Source: an uncultured Zetaproteobacteria bacterium (GTDB taxonomy: Bacteria; Pseudomonadota; Zetaproteobacteria; Mariprofundales; Mariprofundaceae). From it: a stretch of DNA of 38,494 nt. Each line of letters begins with the position of its first letter. Positions within the stretch are counted from its first letter, which is position 1. This document shows positions 9,005 to 19,579 of the stretch, one piece after another. Made by a program: the position numbers and the translations under genes. The DNA lies in assembly GCA_964432195.1 (NCBI GenBank), contig CAYSMR010000001.1, positions 1-38,494 of the forward strand, in the 5' to 3' direction. The notes under the pieces were generated by a model, which worked only from the letters and a program-made list of their open reading frames with translations, was not told the origin of the DNA and made no database searches.

Positions 9005-10180
9005 TCAGGATGCGCTGCGTGCCTGCTCCTTAACCAGCTCCTCGATCATATCCACAACGCCTGGCGCCGGCTGCACATCGCCAAGCAGCTGCCGCAGAGC
9101 GGCGAATTCGCGCCGCTGTACCGCCGCAGCTTCGCCCCCGAACAGCGGCAGCAATGACGCCGCGATGCGATCAACCGTACAGGCCTCCTGCAACAGCTCC
9201 GGCATCACCGGCCGGTCGCCGAGTATAATATTGGCAAGCCCCGCGCAGCGCAGGTGCACCAGTCTGCGGGCCAGAAACACCATCAACGGCGCGGCCCTGT
9301 AAATCAGTACGGTCGGCGTGTCCCATAACGCCAGCTCCAGCGTCGCCGTACCCGACACCGCCACGGCCGCATCGGCGCGCAGGGCATAATCCGGTTCATC
9401 GCGGGCGATCCGCATCGCGCCCTCGTGCCACAACGGCTCCAGCAACGCCGCATCCACGCCCGGCGCGACCGGCACCACGCAGGCCAGCTGCGGCAACTCG
9501 TCGCGCATCCGTCGCAACAGCTCGGTCAGAATCGGCACATGCATGCGTAGCTCCTGCGGCCGACTGCCCGGCAACAGCGCCAGCAGCGGCTGACCGGATT
9601 CGACCTGCAGACGCTGCCGCAAACTTTCGGCCGACCAGCCGGCGCGACAGGCCACAGCGCTCGGATTACCGACGTATCGCGCATCGGCAATGCCGCGCCC
9701 GGCGAACCAGTCCGGCTCGAACGGCAGAATACAGGCCAGCCGATCCTGCGACCGCTTCAGCTTTCTGACCCGCCAGCCACCCCACGCCCACAGTTTTGGC
9801 GCAATGAAATGGATCACCGGAATACCGAGCGTTCGCAACCTGCGGCCGAGCCGCATATGAAAACTGGAGAAATCAACCAGCACCGCCATGTCGGGACGGT
9901 CGGCAGCACACCACGCTAGCACAGCGCGCTCAACACTGCGAATCCGGGGGAGCGAACGCAGCACATCGCCGATACCCATGACATTGAGCTCATGCATATC
10001 GCGCAGCGCGCGCGCGCCGCAGCGCCGCATCTGCTCACCGGCAATACCGGCAACCTCCGCATCGGGCCAGCGCCGCTTCAGCTCGGCGACGACCGTCGCC
10101 GCATGCATATCGCCCGAAGTCTCGCCTGCGCTGATCAGGATACGCCGCACAGGCACGCAGGCAGACGCGTTTTGTATCAT
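9005..10180 (-). CDS. lpxB: Lipid-A-disaccharide synthase
   Basis: ISAGETSGDMHA, APKLWAW, ILPFE, LLPGSR, SGTATLE. Confidence 0.96.
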   Translation of the reverse strand: MIQNASACVPVRRILISAGETSGDMHAATVVAELKRRWPDAEVAGIAGEQMRRCGARALRDMHELNVMGIGDVLRSLPRIRSVERAVLAWCAADRPDMAVLVDFSSFHMRLGRRLRTLGIPVIHFIAPKLWAWGGWRVRKLKRSQDRLACILPFEPDWFAGRGIADARYVGNPSAVACRAGWSAESLRQRLQVESGQPLLALLPGSRPQELRMHVPILTELLRRMRDELPQLACVVPVAPGVDAALLEPLWHEGAMRIARDEPDYALRADAAVAVSGTATLELALWDTPTVLIYRAAPLMVFLARRLVHLRCAGLANIILGDRPVMPELLQEACTVDRIAASLLPLFGGEAAAVQRREFAALRQLLGDVQPAPGVVDMIEELVKEQARSAS

Positions 10181-10201
10181 TTGAGATCGCCCTTCAGCCG
10201 C

Positions 10202-11053
10202 TTACGCCGCCCGGACACCATAAACCGCAATGCCGTACTCACCGGCCTGCTGCAGCAACCGCCGGCGCTCGATCATCAGCGTCTTGCCGGCCTCCACGGC
10301 CAACAGCGTACAGCCAGACGCATGCATAACCGCCAGCGTATCGGGCCCGACAGCCGGCACATCGAAGCGCAGATCCTGCTGCGGCTTGGCCACCTTGACC
10401 ACTACTGCCTGACCGCTGCCGAGCGCACCACCGCGCCGGATCGCCTCATCCGTACCCTCGATCGCCTCAACGGCCAGCACGGCCTGGTCCTGCACAATTA
10501 CGGTCTGGCCGATATCGAGCGCAGCAATCCCTCTAGCCTGCTCAAAACCGAACGCGATGTCTGCATCGCGTTTTTTTGCGACAGGACCTGCCAGATGGCC
10601 GTCGCCGGCCAGCATCTCGCCGGCATAGCGGGTCTGATCAATCAGCGTCAGGCCGGCCTCGGCCAGCAGATCGGCAATCGTGTTCAGGATTGAATCGTCA
10701 CGCCGATCCTTCAGTCGCAGCAGCCCCTTCATCGCGGTCAGATCGGGACGAAAATTTCGGAACAGATGCAGCTTGCGAACCTTGCCGGCCATTACCACCT
10801 GTTCGACGCCGGCCCGCTTGAATGCCTTGATCATGCCGCCGATCTGACCGACATGCAGCCAGCAGGTCGATGCGCTCAGCTCTTCGATTTCAGGAAAGGT
10901 CTCCTCGCGCGCCGCCACGACATGCACCTCGCGCCCCTGCGCGCGCAATGTCTCGGCCAGCTCCAGCGGAAAGTGCCCATAGCCGGCAATCAGACCGATT
11001 TTTTCTCCGGCTTCGCCAGCCACGCAACTGCTCCCGTCCACGCGACTGTTCAA
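10202..11053 (-). CDS. lpxI: UDP-2,3-diacylglucosamine diphosphatase LpxI
   Basis: KIGLIAGYG, LDIGQT, AVEAIEGTD, KVAKPQQDLRFDVPAVG; sits between lpxA and lpxB; start uncertain. Confidence 0.93.
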   Translation of the reverse strand: MNSRVDGSSCVAGEAGEKIGLIAGYGHFPLELAETLRAQGREVHVVAAREETFPEIEELSASTCWLHVGQIGGMIKAFKRAGVEQVVMAGKVRKLHLFRNFRPDLTAMKGLLRLKDRRDDSILNTIADLLAEAGLTLIDQTRYAGEMLAGDGHLAGPVAKKRDADIAFGFEQARGIAALDIGQTVIVQDQAVLAVEAIEGTDEAIRRGGALGSGQAVVVKVAKPQQDLRFDVPAVGPDTLAVMHASGCTLLAVEAGKTLMIERRRLLQQAGEYGIAVYGVRAA

Positions 11054-11854
11054 TCAGTCGTCGCGGCCGTGCATCATCAGACCGCGTTTGGCCGAACGGA
11101 TGAATTCGATCATATAACGACCGTCGACATCCTCCTCCGATAGCAGCGCCTCGGCCTGACGCAGCCGTTCGTCGCGCTTGCCGGCCTCCTGCAGCAGCAG
11201 GCGATAGATTTCCTTGAGCCTGCCGACCTGCTGCAGCGAAAAACCGTGCCGCTTGAGACCGACAATATTCAGCCCGCTCAGGCCCGCCCGGTAACCGCCG
11301 GCCAGCAGCGTGAACGGCGCGACATCCTTGGTTACGCCCGACATGCCGCCGATCATGCTCAGCCGGCCGATGCGCACAAACTGCTGAATAGCCGACAAGC
11401 CGCCGATAATCGCATCGTTCTCTACAGTCACATGCCCGGCCAGCGTGGCACAGTTGGCCAGTACGATATTGTCGCCCAGAATGCAGTCATGGGCGACATG
11501 CACATAGGCCATCAGCAGATTACCACTGCCAATACGGGTCACCATGCCACCACCCTCGGTGCCGGCATTAATCGTCACACTCTCGCGAATCTGGTTATTG
11601 TCGCCGATAATCACTTCGGATGCTTCGCCGTGATATTTCAGATCCTGCGGAATCTGACCGATCGACGAGAATGGAAACACCCGGTTGCCGCTGCCCATCG
11701 TCGTATGGCCGGTGACCACGACATGCGACATCAGCTCGCAGCCGTCGCCCAGCGTAGCATCGGCACCGACAACACAGTAGGGACCGATTTTTACATCCAC
11801 GCCGAGACGGGCCCCCTGCTCAATGACGGCGGTCGGATGAATGGTCGCGCTCAT
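11054..11854 (-). CDS. lpxA: UDP-N-acetylglucosamine O-acyltransferase
   Basis: IHPTAVI hexapeptide repeats, PQDLKY, HVAHDC, LAGHV, GLNIVGLKR; ATGA overlap with the fabZ stop. Confidence 0.97.
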   Translation of the reverse strand: MSATIHPTAVIEQGARLGVDVKIGPYCVVGADATLGDGCELMSHVVVTGHTTMGSGNRVFPFSSIGQIPQDLKYHGEASEVIIGDNNQIRESVTINAGTEGGGMVTRIGSGNLLMAYVHVAHDCILGDNIVLANCATLAGHVTVENDAIIGGLSAIQQFVRIGRLSMIGGMSGVTKDVAPFTLLAGGYRAGLSGLNIVGLKRHGFSLQQVGRLKEIYRLLLQEAGKRDERLRQAEALLSEEDVDGRYMIEFIRSAKRGLMMHGRDD

Positions 11855-12297
11855 GCGTCGTCTTGCGGCACCAGCGTTGCCGTCAGGGTTCCTTCGCATA
11901 CCAGCGCGCCATCGACAAACGCTTCGCCGCGCAGCTTCCACATCAGGCCGCGCCGACGCAGACAGGCCAGCTCGAAGATCACCTGATCGCCCGGCCGCAC
12001 CGGCTTGCGAAAGCGCACGCCGTCAATGCCGGTAAAATAGACCAAGTAGTCGCGATCATCCTCGACTGACTGGAAGGCCAGCATACCGCCGGCCTGGGCC
12101 ATTGCCTCGATCAGCAGCACGCCCGGCATAACCGGATGATTGGGAAAGTGGCCGGCAAACTGCGGCTCGTTGATGGTCACATTCTTCAGTGCGCGAATCG
12201 ATTTCTCTTTCTCGAACTCGACAATGCGATCGATCAGCAGAAACGGATAGCGATGCGGCAGAAACTGCATAATCTGATCAATATTCAATTCTGACAT
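11851..12297 (-). CDS. fabZ: 3-hydroxyacyl-ACP dehydratase
   Basis: LPHRYPFLLIDR, GHFP, MPGVLLIEAMAQ, FRKPVRPGD. Confidence 0.97.
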   Translation of the reverse strand: MSELNIDQIMQFLPHRYPFLLIDRIVEFEKEKSIRALKNVTINEPQFAGHFPNHPVMPGVLLIEAMAQAGGMLAFQSVEDDRDYLVYFTGIDGVRFRKPVRPGDQVIFELACLRRRGLMWKLRGEAFVDGALVCEGTLTATLVPQDDA

Positions 12298-12321
12298 TCC
12301 ATACTCCGTGAAACAGGATAC

Positions 12322-13332
12322 TTATTGTTTATGCTGGGCCTTCCAGATCTCCGGCAGCTTCATCATCAGCGCACTGATCTTGAAATAGAGACGATGCGGC
12401 ATCGCCGGCGTGCCGGCATAGGTTTTGCCGGCCTCCAGATCCGATATGACACCGCTCTGTGCCGCCAGTTTGACGCCATCGCCGACCTTCAGGTGCCCGG
12501 CCAGGCCAACCTGACCGCCGAACTGGCAGCCCCTGCCCACCTCGCTCGAGCCGGAGATGCCGACCTGACTGGCCATGACGCTGTACGCCCCGACGCGCAC
12601 GTTGTGCGCCACCTGAATCAGATTATCCAGTTTGACGCCGCGCTCAATCACCGTATCTCCGATTGCACCACGATCAATACAGGTATTGGCGCCAATTTCG
12701 ACATCATCTTCCAGAATCACGCGGCCGCTCTGCGGAATCTTCAGATGCCTGCTGCCATTCCACGCGTAACCGAATCCATCGGAACCGATCACAGCACCCG
12801 GCTGCAGGATTACCTCATTGCCGAGCATACAAGCCGCCTGCACGATACTGCCCGCATGCAGCAGACAGCGCTCACCGATGCGCACGCCTGCGCCGACCAC
12901 GCAGCCCGGCCCGATAATACTGCCGGCGCCGATGTGGACACCCGTACCGATCACCGCATTGGGGCCCACATCGACGTCATCAGCCAGCTGCGCCGATGCG
13001 TCAATGACGGCGCTCTCATGCCGCTGACCACAGGCAAGCGGCTGCGGATGAAAATGGCGCTGCAATTTGGCAAAAGCCAGATAGGGATCGGCGACCCGGA
13101 TCACGCACAGCCCTTCCGGAGCAGACTCATCTTCAGCCAGCAGCACAGCCGCTGCCGCGGTAGTCGGCAGCGCGCGCCGATAGCGCGCATTGGCGAGAAA
13201 AGAGATCTCGTCACAGCCCGCCGCTGTCAGCGTATTGACGCCGCGAATGTGCAGATCAGGCGCATCGGCGCACGCGCATTCCAGCACCCCGCCGACAATA
13301 TCAGCCGCTTCGCGCAGCGTAATCGTGCTCAT
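12322..13332 (-). CDS. lpxD: UDP-3-O-acylglucosamine N-acyltransferase
   Basis: DPYLAFA, hexapeptide repeats, IGSDGFGY, KIPQ, IDRGAIGDT, KLDNLIQVAHNV. Confidence 0.97.
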   Translation of the reverse strand: MSTITLREAADIVGGVLECACADAPDLHIRGVNTLTAAGCDEISFLANARYRRALPTTAAAAVLLAEDESAPEGLCVIRVADPYLAFAKLQRHFHPQPLACGQRHESAVIDASAQLADDVDVGPNAVIGTGVHIGAGSIIGPGCVVGAGVRIGERCLLHAGSIVQAACMLGNEVILQPGAVIGSDGFGYAWNGSRHLKIPQSGRVILEDDVEIGANTCIDRGAIGDTVIERGVKLDNLIQVAHNVRVGAYSVMASQVGISGSSEVGRGCQFGGQVGLAGHLKVGDGVKLAAQSGVISDLEAGKTYAGTPAMPHRLYFKISALMMKLPEIWKAQHKQ

Positions 13333-13347
13333 CGGAATGTATAAAGC

Positions 13348-13872
13348 TTACTTCTTGGCATCCAGCAGCTTGATAATATCAGCCGTGACATCATGTTTGG
13401 GGTCGGCATAGATAAACACCGGCTTGGGCATCAACAGATCAAAATGGTGGGACTTACCATAGTCGGTAATCACCTTCTGGAAACGGTTCATACTCGCCAC
13501 ATCCATACGGTTCTTCTCGGCTGCCAGCTCCTCCTGCGCATCCTGCTGCATGCGCTGAAACTGCTTGCTCATCTCTTTGAGCTTCTGCTGCCGCTGCGCC
13601 AGACTCTCCTGCGACATTGCCAGCGACTGCCCCATCAGGTTTTTCTCTTCCTGGGTAATCTTATCCTTCAGCGTTCGCAGCTCCTTAAGCTTCTTGTCGC
13701 TGAGCGCTTTCAACCGCTTCATCCCCTGCTTGTACTCGGCCGTACTCTCCAGCGCAGTCTTGATATCGATATAGCCGATCTTCAGCTCGGCCGCCTGAAC
13801 CGTGCTCACGCCCATCACGCATGCCACGCCCAGCGCCGCCAGAATGGACCTCATACTTGTTCGTTTAATCAT
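13348..13872 (-). CDS. skp: OmpH/Skp periplasmic chaperone
   Basis: Signal peptide, KIGYID, long coiled coil, C-terminal DVTADII; between bamA and lpxD. Confidence 0.9.
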   Translation of the reverse strand: MIKRTSMRSILAALGVACVMGVSTVQAAELKIGYIDIKTALESTAEYKQGMKRLKALSDKKLKELRTLKDKITQEEKNLMGQSLAMSQESLAQRQQKLKEMSKQFQRMQQDAQEELAAEKNRMDVASMNRFQKVITDYGKSHHFDLLMPKPVFIYADPKHDVTADIIKLLDAKK

Positions 13873-13905
13873 GCCTTGCTCCTCTGCTGTGATGCAATTT
13901 CATCC

Positions 13906-16236
13906 CTAAAACGTTGTTCCGACCGCAAACTCAAAATTCTTTTGGATATCGCCGGGCAGTGTCTTGATCGGGAATGCCCAAACCAGACCAATCGGCCCGA
14001 TAGGCGACAGCCATTCGATGCCAAACCCTGCCGTATAGCGCACTCTGGATAAAGCAAATGGTTCATTCACATTGATCGCCCGGTTGCCGATCACAGTCGA
14101 TGCCGAACCCCACAGCGTTCCGGCATCGGCAAAAAAGACGCCGCGCATACCGGAGGTCTGCATATAGGGCAGCGGGAAAAACATATTCATCGACGCCGTC
14201 AGCTTGTTTTCTCCGCCGACCGCTTCCTGCGTATTCGGATCCCTGATGCTGACTCCATAAACATCGAAACCGCGCATACTGCCCATGCCGCCCAGCGAAT
14301 AACGCCGCCACAACGGAATCTCCCTGCCGCCATAGGCGCGAATCGCGCCGACCGAGACCGACGGGTTCAGAACAATGTCCTTCTTCTCTCCGAACGGAAA
14401 ATATGCGCGACTGGATGCGGCAAACTCCATAAATCGGTTTGTGCCGCCGAACCCGGCGATGCCTGCGCTCAGCGTATGTACGGAGCCGCTGCTGGAGGCA
14501 ACCAGACGATCTCTGGAATCCCAGCTCAGCACCTGGGTAAACTCTCCGATCGTCTGTCGCCCCAGTTGCGCCAGCTGAAACAACGACGCATTGGCCGGTA
14601 GATTGGAGAGCGTACTCCGGTTAATCTGATAATTGATACCGTAGGAGAGATAATGCGTAATCGGAAAATTGAATGCAAAACCGCCGCCAACCGAATCCAT
14701 CTGATAATTGACCGTGGTCTGCGGATTGGTCTGCGTCTTGAACGCATTGATCGAGGCGCTGATATTCGTGCCCAGAAAATAGGGGTCGGTAAAGCTGCTG
14801 GTGATATTCTGGGTCACCTTGCCGAGCTGACCATTCAGACTCACCTGATAGCCCTTGCCGAGAAAATTCTGCTCGGACACCTTCGCCGTCAGAATCACCT
14901 TTTCCTGCTGCGAAAAGCCGATACCGCCGGAGATCGAGCCCGATTTCTTCTCGGTCAGGTCCACCTTCATATTCACCTTACCATCGGCCGAAGCTTTCGG
15001 AAACGATACCCGCACATCCTCGACATATGCAGCTCGCTTCAATGCTTCCTTGCTGTGTTGTACCTGCGTACCGGAGTAGCGCGCCCCTTCCGACTGATCC
15101 AGCAGCCGCCGTACGACTGCATCCTCGGTCTTCTCGTTGCCCGATATCTCGATACGCTCGATATAGACCTCCTGGCCCTTCTCGATATCGAATACGACCG
15201 CCACGGTATGATCGTCTATATTGCGTTTGAGCAGCGGCGTTACCGTCGCAAATGCATAACCCTCATCACCGACCCGGTCGGTCAGCGCCTGAATCGTCTC
15301 ACGCAGTTCATTGAGCGAATAGGTATCCCCTGCCTCAAACGTGATCAAATCCTTCAATGTCTGCTGATCCGGCACTAGGTCGCCCTGCAAGCCAACGTCA
15401 GAAACGCGATACTGACTGCCCTCATGAATGCTGAACGTCAGCGAAAAGCTCCGCCTGTCCGCCTCCATCGTAATCTGCTGCGAGTCGAGCTTCATATCCA
15501 GATAGCCATGGTTCAGATAAAACTGCTGCAGCATCTGCCCGTCCGCGCCGAAGCGCTTGGTGTCGAACACATCACGGTCGGAGAACCAGGCGATCAGATC
15601 CGCCTGCCTGGACGCAATCGCCTTGCGCAATTCACCGTCGCTGAAGGCCCGGTTACCAATCATATGAATACGATTGATCCGCGTCACCTCGCCCTCATGC
15701 ACGCGGACCAGCAGGTCCACGCGCCCGTCCTTGCGCTCGGTCGGAATAAAATCGATCTCAACCTGATAGTAGCCATCCTTGAGATAACCCTTGCGCAGCG
15801 TGTTCCGATCCGCTGCGATATACCTCGGACTATAAATACGCCCGGGCCTGAGCTTCATGCGCAGCTGCAGATCCTTGGTCGGAAACTTGTCATTCCCCTC
15901 CATCTTCAGATTGGCAATCAGCGGATACTCCTTCACATGACAGACCAGCCGGATCCCCTCTGCTGTCTTCGTACCGGTAAAACGGATATCGGAGAAGAAG
16001 CCGCTCTTGTAGAGCTTGCGCACATCGCGACTAAGCTGGCGACGGTCCAGCGGCTGACCCACCCGGCTGACCATTTTCGCCAGCACCGCTTCTTTCTCGA
16101 CATTGTGATTGCCCTGCACATCGATCGACAGAATCAGCGGCGCATTGCTCCCGGCTGCCGCGAATGCGGCCTGCTGGCCGGCAAGCAACCCCAACAATAG
16201 CAGAGCGGCCATCAAAAATCGGATTACAGCTGACAT
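13906..16236 (-). CDS. bamA: Outer membrane protein assembly factor BamA
   Basis: Signal peptide, POTRA repeats (GN motifs), beta barrel with MRGF lid motif, WLSPIGP, terminal Phe. Alternative start at 16260. Confidence 0.97.
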   Translation of the reverse strand: MSAVIRFLMAALLLLGLLAGQQAAFAAAGSNAPLILSIDVQGNHNVEKEAVLAKMVSRVGQPLDRRQLSRDVRKLYKSGFFSDIRFTGTKTAEGIRLVCHVKEYPLIANLKMEGNDKFPTKDLQLRMKLRPGRIYSPRYIAADRNTLRKGYLKDGYYQVEIDFIPTERKDGRVDLLVRVHEGEVTRINRIHMIGNRAFSDGELRKAIASRQADLIAWFSDRDVFDTKRFGADGQMLQQFYLNHGYLDMKLDSQQITMEADRRSFSLTFSIHEGSQYRVSDVGLQGDLVPDQQTLKDLITFEAGDTYSLNELRETIQALTDRVGDEGYAFATVTPLLKRNIDDHTVAVVFDIEKGQEVYIERIEISGNEKTEDAVVRRLLDQSEGARYSGTQVQHSKEALKRAAYVEDVRVSFPKASADGKVNMKVDLTEKKSGSISGGIGFSQQEKVILTAKVSEQNFLGKGYQVSLNGQLGKVTQNITSSFTDPYFLGTNISASINAFKTQTNPQTTVNYQMDSVGGGFAFNFPITHYLSYGINYQINRSTLSNLPANASLFQLAQLGRQTIGEFTQVLSWDSRDRLVASSSGSVHTLSAGIAGFGGTNRFMEFAASSRAYFPFGEKKDIVLNPSVSVGAIRAYGGREIPLWRRYSLGGMGSMRGFDVYGVSIRDPNTQEAVGGENKLTASMNMFFPLPYMQTSGMRGVFFADAGTLWGSASTVIGNRAINVNEPFALSRVRYTAGFGIEWLSPIGPIGLVWAFPIKTLPGDIQKNFEFAVGTTF

Positions 16237-16314
16237 ATTATCCCCGAATTCAACGCGCATGAGCTCTTCCCACCTGATATTGGCAGGGCAACAGTCATGC
16301 AGATGCGTTGTTTG

Positions 16315-17661
16315 TTAACGTGAAAGGTCATTATAAAATGCAAACACCATCAAGCTGACAATCAGCACCAGACCGACCATCTGGGTAATCTCCAGAAACC
16401 TGGGCGACAATGGCTTTCCCCTCAACTTCTCCAGCCCCAGATAGACCAGCAGCCCACCGTCGAGAATCGGGACCGGCAACAGGTTCAGCACTCCGAGATT
16501 GACCGAGATCAGCGCCAGAAAACCGAGAAAGTAGACCAGCCCCATATCCGCCGTCCGGCCCGCCAGTTGTGCAATCGCAATCGGGCCTCCCAGATTATCG
16601 GCCGGAATTGCCGATGTCACCATTTTACCAAACACACCCAGCGTCAGGCCGGTCATCTCCCAGGTGCGCACAAAACCGTACGCAAAGCCCTCAAATAGCC
16701 CCATACTGTAGTGCTCCGACGCATAAACCGACTGCGAAGCCAGACGCACGCCGAGGCGCCCCTGTCGATTCTGGTCCGGCAGGGGCGTCACATTCAGATG
16801 CATCACGACAGACCCGCGCTGCACGACCAGATCCACCGGCTGATCTGCCTTGGCCTTGACCCGCTCGATAAACTGACTGACACTGGAGACCTGCCAGCCG
16901 TTGATCTGCTTGATAATATCTCCCTTGCGCAGACCAAAGCGCTGCGCTGCCGAACCGTCTATCACTTCGTCCACACGCACAATCAGTCCCGGATTAAAGC
17001 CGACCACCTGATCGGCCACATCCATCAGCAACGGATCCTTCTGCTGCACCGGCAGATGCATCGACAGCGACAACTCGCGACCATCACGGCGCAGCTTCAG
17101 CGCAACATCGGAGCCGACATACTGTTTGAGCTGTTCCTCCATCTGCTGCCAGGAGTGCACCGGACTGCCGCCCACGGCGACGATCCGGTCGCCGCTCTGC
17201 AGGCCGGCCTGTTCGGCCACCGAGGCCGGCGCAACATTGCCGACAATCGTCGGCAGCACCGACTGCCCCAGCCAGCCGACCACCATATAGGCGACAATTG
17301 CAAACAGGAAATTATAGGCAGGGCCGGCCACCGCCACAGCCGCACGCTTCCATACCGGCTGATTATTGAAGGCCCGCGCCTTGTCCGCTTCCGACAATGC
17401 CGCCTGCGCGTCATCGTCCTGTTCATCCGGATTTTCGCCGAGCATCTTCACATAACCGCCGAGCGGGATTGCGGCGATCACATAGAGCACTTCGCCGTCC
17501 CGGCTGCGCCATGACAACAGCGCCGGCCCGAAACCGATCGAAAACTTCTCTACCTTAATGCCAAGTCGTCTGGCCATCGAAAAATGGCCGTACTCATGCA
17601 CGGCAATCAGCAGTGCAATCGCCACGACAAAGGCCAGCGATGTATGTATGATTTCAGTCAC
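16315..17661 (-). CDS. rseP: RIP metalloprotease RseP (two PDZ domains)
   Basis: HEYGH, FSIGFGP, IPLGGYVKM, AGP, NLLPVPILDGG. Confidence 0.97.
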   Translation of the reverse strand: MTEIIHTSLAFVVAIALLIAVHEYGHFSMARRLGIKVEKFSIGFGPALLSWRSRDGEVLYVIAAIPLGGYVKMLGENPDEQDDDAQAALSEADKARAFNNQPVWKRAAVAVAGPAYNFLFAIVAYMVVGWLGQSVLPTIVGNVAPASVAEQAGLQSGDRIVAVGGSPVHSWQQMEEQLKQYVGSDVALKLRRDGRELSLSMHLPVQQKDPLLMDVADQVVGFNPGLIVRVDEVIDGSAAQRFGLRKGDIIKQINGWQVSSVSQFIERVKAKADQPVDLVVQRGSVVMHLNVTPLPDQNRQGRLGVRLASQSVYASEHYSMGLFEGFAYGFVRTWEMTGLTLGVFGKMVTSAIPADNLGGPIAIAQLAGRTADMGLVYFLGFLALISVNLGVLNLLPVPILDGGLLVYLGLEKLRGKPLSPRFLEITQMVGLVLIVSLMVFAFYNDLSR

Positions 17662-18806
17662 TCAGCAATCACCTCTTCCGCCAGTCTGCGAGCATGGGCG
17701 TCATGCAACCACACTTCATCAAGTGTGCCCACCGGCACATTGTCCACCCGCGCCAGCACCGCTTCGACGGTCGCAACAATATCCATAAAGCCGATACGCC
17801 TGTTACGGAATGCCGCATTGGCCACCTCATTGGCCGCATTGAATGCGACCGCCAGTGCATCCTCACCGCGCAGCACCGCCTGCACCAGCCGCATGGCCGG
17901 AAAACGGACATGATCGACCGCCTGGAAGGTCAATGCTTCGCCACCGGCCAGATCCAGCCAGTCGATACCCGATATGAGCCGCGGCTCGCTCTGCAGCGCA
18001 TAGGCGATCGGCATCCGCATATCCGGCATCGCCAGCTGCGCCAGCACCGATCCGTCACGGTATTCGACCATCGCATGCACAATACTCTGCGGATGAATAA
18101 TCGCCGAAAGCTGATCGGGCAACAGATCAAACAGCCAGCGCGCCTCGATCAGCTCCAGCGCCTTGTTCATCATCGTCGCAGAATCGATGCTGATTTTCGC
18201 ACCCATATCCCAGTTCGGGTGCGCCACCGCCTCGGCCGGCGTCACATCGGCCAGCGTGGCCGGATCTCGATCACGGAACGGGCCGCCCGATGCTGTCAAA
18301 GTCACGCGTGTCACAGAACCGCGGTCATGACCAGCCAGACACTGATGCACAGCCGCATGCTCCGAATCCACCGGCACAACGGCAGCCCCCGATTTCACTG
18401 CGGCCTGCATAAACAGACGCCCGGCCGTCACCAGACACTCCTTGTTGGCCAGACCAACCCGTTTGCCGGCCTCGACAGCCGCCAGCGTCGCCGGCAACCC
18501 GGCCGAACCGACCATTGCAGCCATGACCATGTCGGCCTCATCGGCAGCAGCCAGCGCCACCGCGGCCTCCATGCCGCTCTCGAGCTGCACGCCGACAGGC
18601 AATCGCCCCCGGATCGCTGTCGCAGCCGTCACATCGGTCATCACCACCCACTGCGGCCGCAATGCTTCGGCAAGCTCGACCATCTTATCGACATTGCGAT
18701 GGCCGACCAGCGCATGCGCTGCATATTTATCGGCATGGCGGCGCATCACATCGGCAGTGCTGCATCCGATCGATCCGGTCGCTCCCAGTAGCGTGACACG
18801 CATCAT
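17658..18806 (-). CDS. dxr: 1-deoxy-D-xylulose-5-phosphate reductoisomerase
   Basis: LGATGSIG, LANKE, PVDSEH, TASGGPF, HPNWDMGAKISIDSATMMNK, NAANE; start overlaps the cdsA stop. Confidence 0.97.
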   Translation of the reverse strand: MMRVTLLGATGSIGCSTADVMRRHADKYAAHALVGHRNVDKMVELAEALRPQWVVMTDVTAATAIRGRLPVGVQLESGMEAAVALAAADEADMVMAAMVGSAGLPATLAAVEAGKRVGLANKECLVTAGRLFMQAAVKSGAAVVPVDSEHAAVHQCLAGHDRGSVTRVTLTASGGPFRDRDPATLADVTPAEAVAHPNWDMGAKISIDSATMMNKALELIEARWLFDLLPDQLSAIIHPQSIVHAMVEYRDGSVLAQLAMPDMRMPIAYALQSEPRLISGIDWLDLAGGEALTFQAVDHVRFPAMRLVQAVLRGEDALAVAFNAANEVANAAFRNRRIGFMDIVATVEAVLARVDNVPVGTLDEVWLHDAHARRLAEEVIAE

Positions 18807-19579
18807 AACCAACCCCATAACAGCCATGCTACCGGCACCGCCATAATAATTGCATCAATCCGGTCGAGAATGCCGCCATGACCGGGCAACCAGCGGCCAC
18901 TGTCTTTGGCTCCGACCATGCGCTTGACCGCTGACTCCGACAGATCGCCCAGCATGCCGGCCACCACCGTCACAATCGCCAGCAGCACCGCCGCCGCAGG
19001 CGACATCACATCCCAGTAGAGCCAGCAACCGACCGCCACCGGCACGCCAAACAACAGCCCACCAATTGCGCCTTGTACCGATTTGCCCGGACTGATCGCC
19101 GGAAATAGCTTGCGCGTACCGATCGCGCGACCGACAAAATAGGCGGCCGAGTCGGAGACCCAGACAGCCAGACAGGCGCCGATAATCAGCCCCCTGCCGG
19201 TTGCGCTGTCGTGCGTCTGCGCAACGGCCAGCGCGAACGCGAACAGCCAGCCCAGCATCCAGATCACCGCAAAGAAGTCGCCGAACGGCGCCGCATGCGT
19301 GCGGCCGCCGATCACAAACAGCGCAAACCAGACCAGGCAGAGCGGTAGCAGCAATGCTGCGACCGGCCAGAGAGAGAACGACACCCACAGCGCCAGGCCG
19401 GCAGCCATATAGGCGAGTGGACGGCACAGGCCCGTCAGCAGCACCAGCTCGCAGGTGGCAACAAAACCTAGCAGCGCCAGCCCGCGCTCAAACCACGGCG
19501 TCGTCAGATGCACATACCAGCCATAGACCAGCAGCAGCAGCACTGCCGCGGTCAGGATACGCTTGATCAGCTCGCTCAC
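18803..19579 (-). CDS. cdsA: Phosphatidate cytidylyltransferase
   Basis: Hydrophobic protein with DSAAYFVG, ISPGKS and GDLSESAVKR..KDSG..LPGHGGILDRID. Confidence 0.96.
   Translation of the reverse strand: MSELIKRILTAAVLLLLVYGWYVHLTTPWFERGLALLGFVATCELVLLTGLCRPLAYMAAGLALWVSFSLWPVAALLLPLCLVWFALFVIGGRTHAAPFGDFFAVIWMLGWLFAFALAVAQTHDSATGRGLIIGACLAVWVSDSAAYFVGRAIGTRKLFPAISPGKSVQGAIGGLLFGVPVAVGCWLYWDVMSPAAAVLLAIVTVVAGMLGDLSESAVKRMVGAKDSGRWLPGHGGILDRIDAIIMAVPVAWLLWGWL

Noticed and set aside
16237-16330. Possible truncation of RseP (ends NDLSR)
   Set aside because: All catalytic motifs and the last TM helix are present, and RseP proteins normally end within a few residues of this point.
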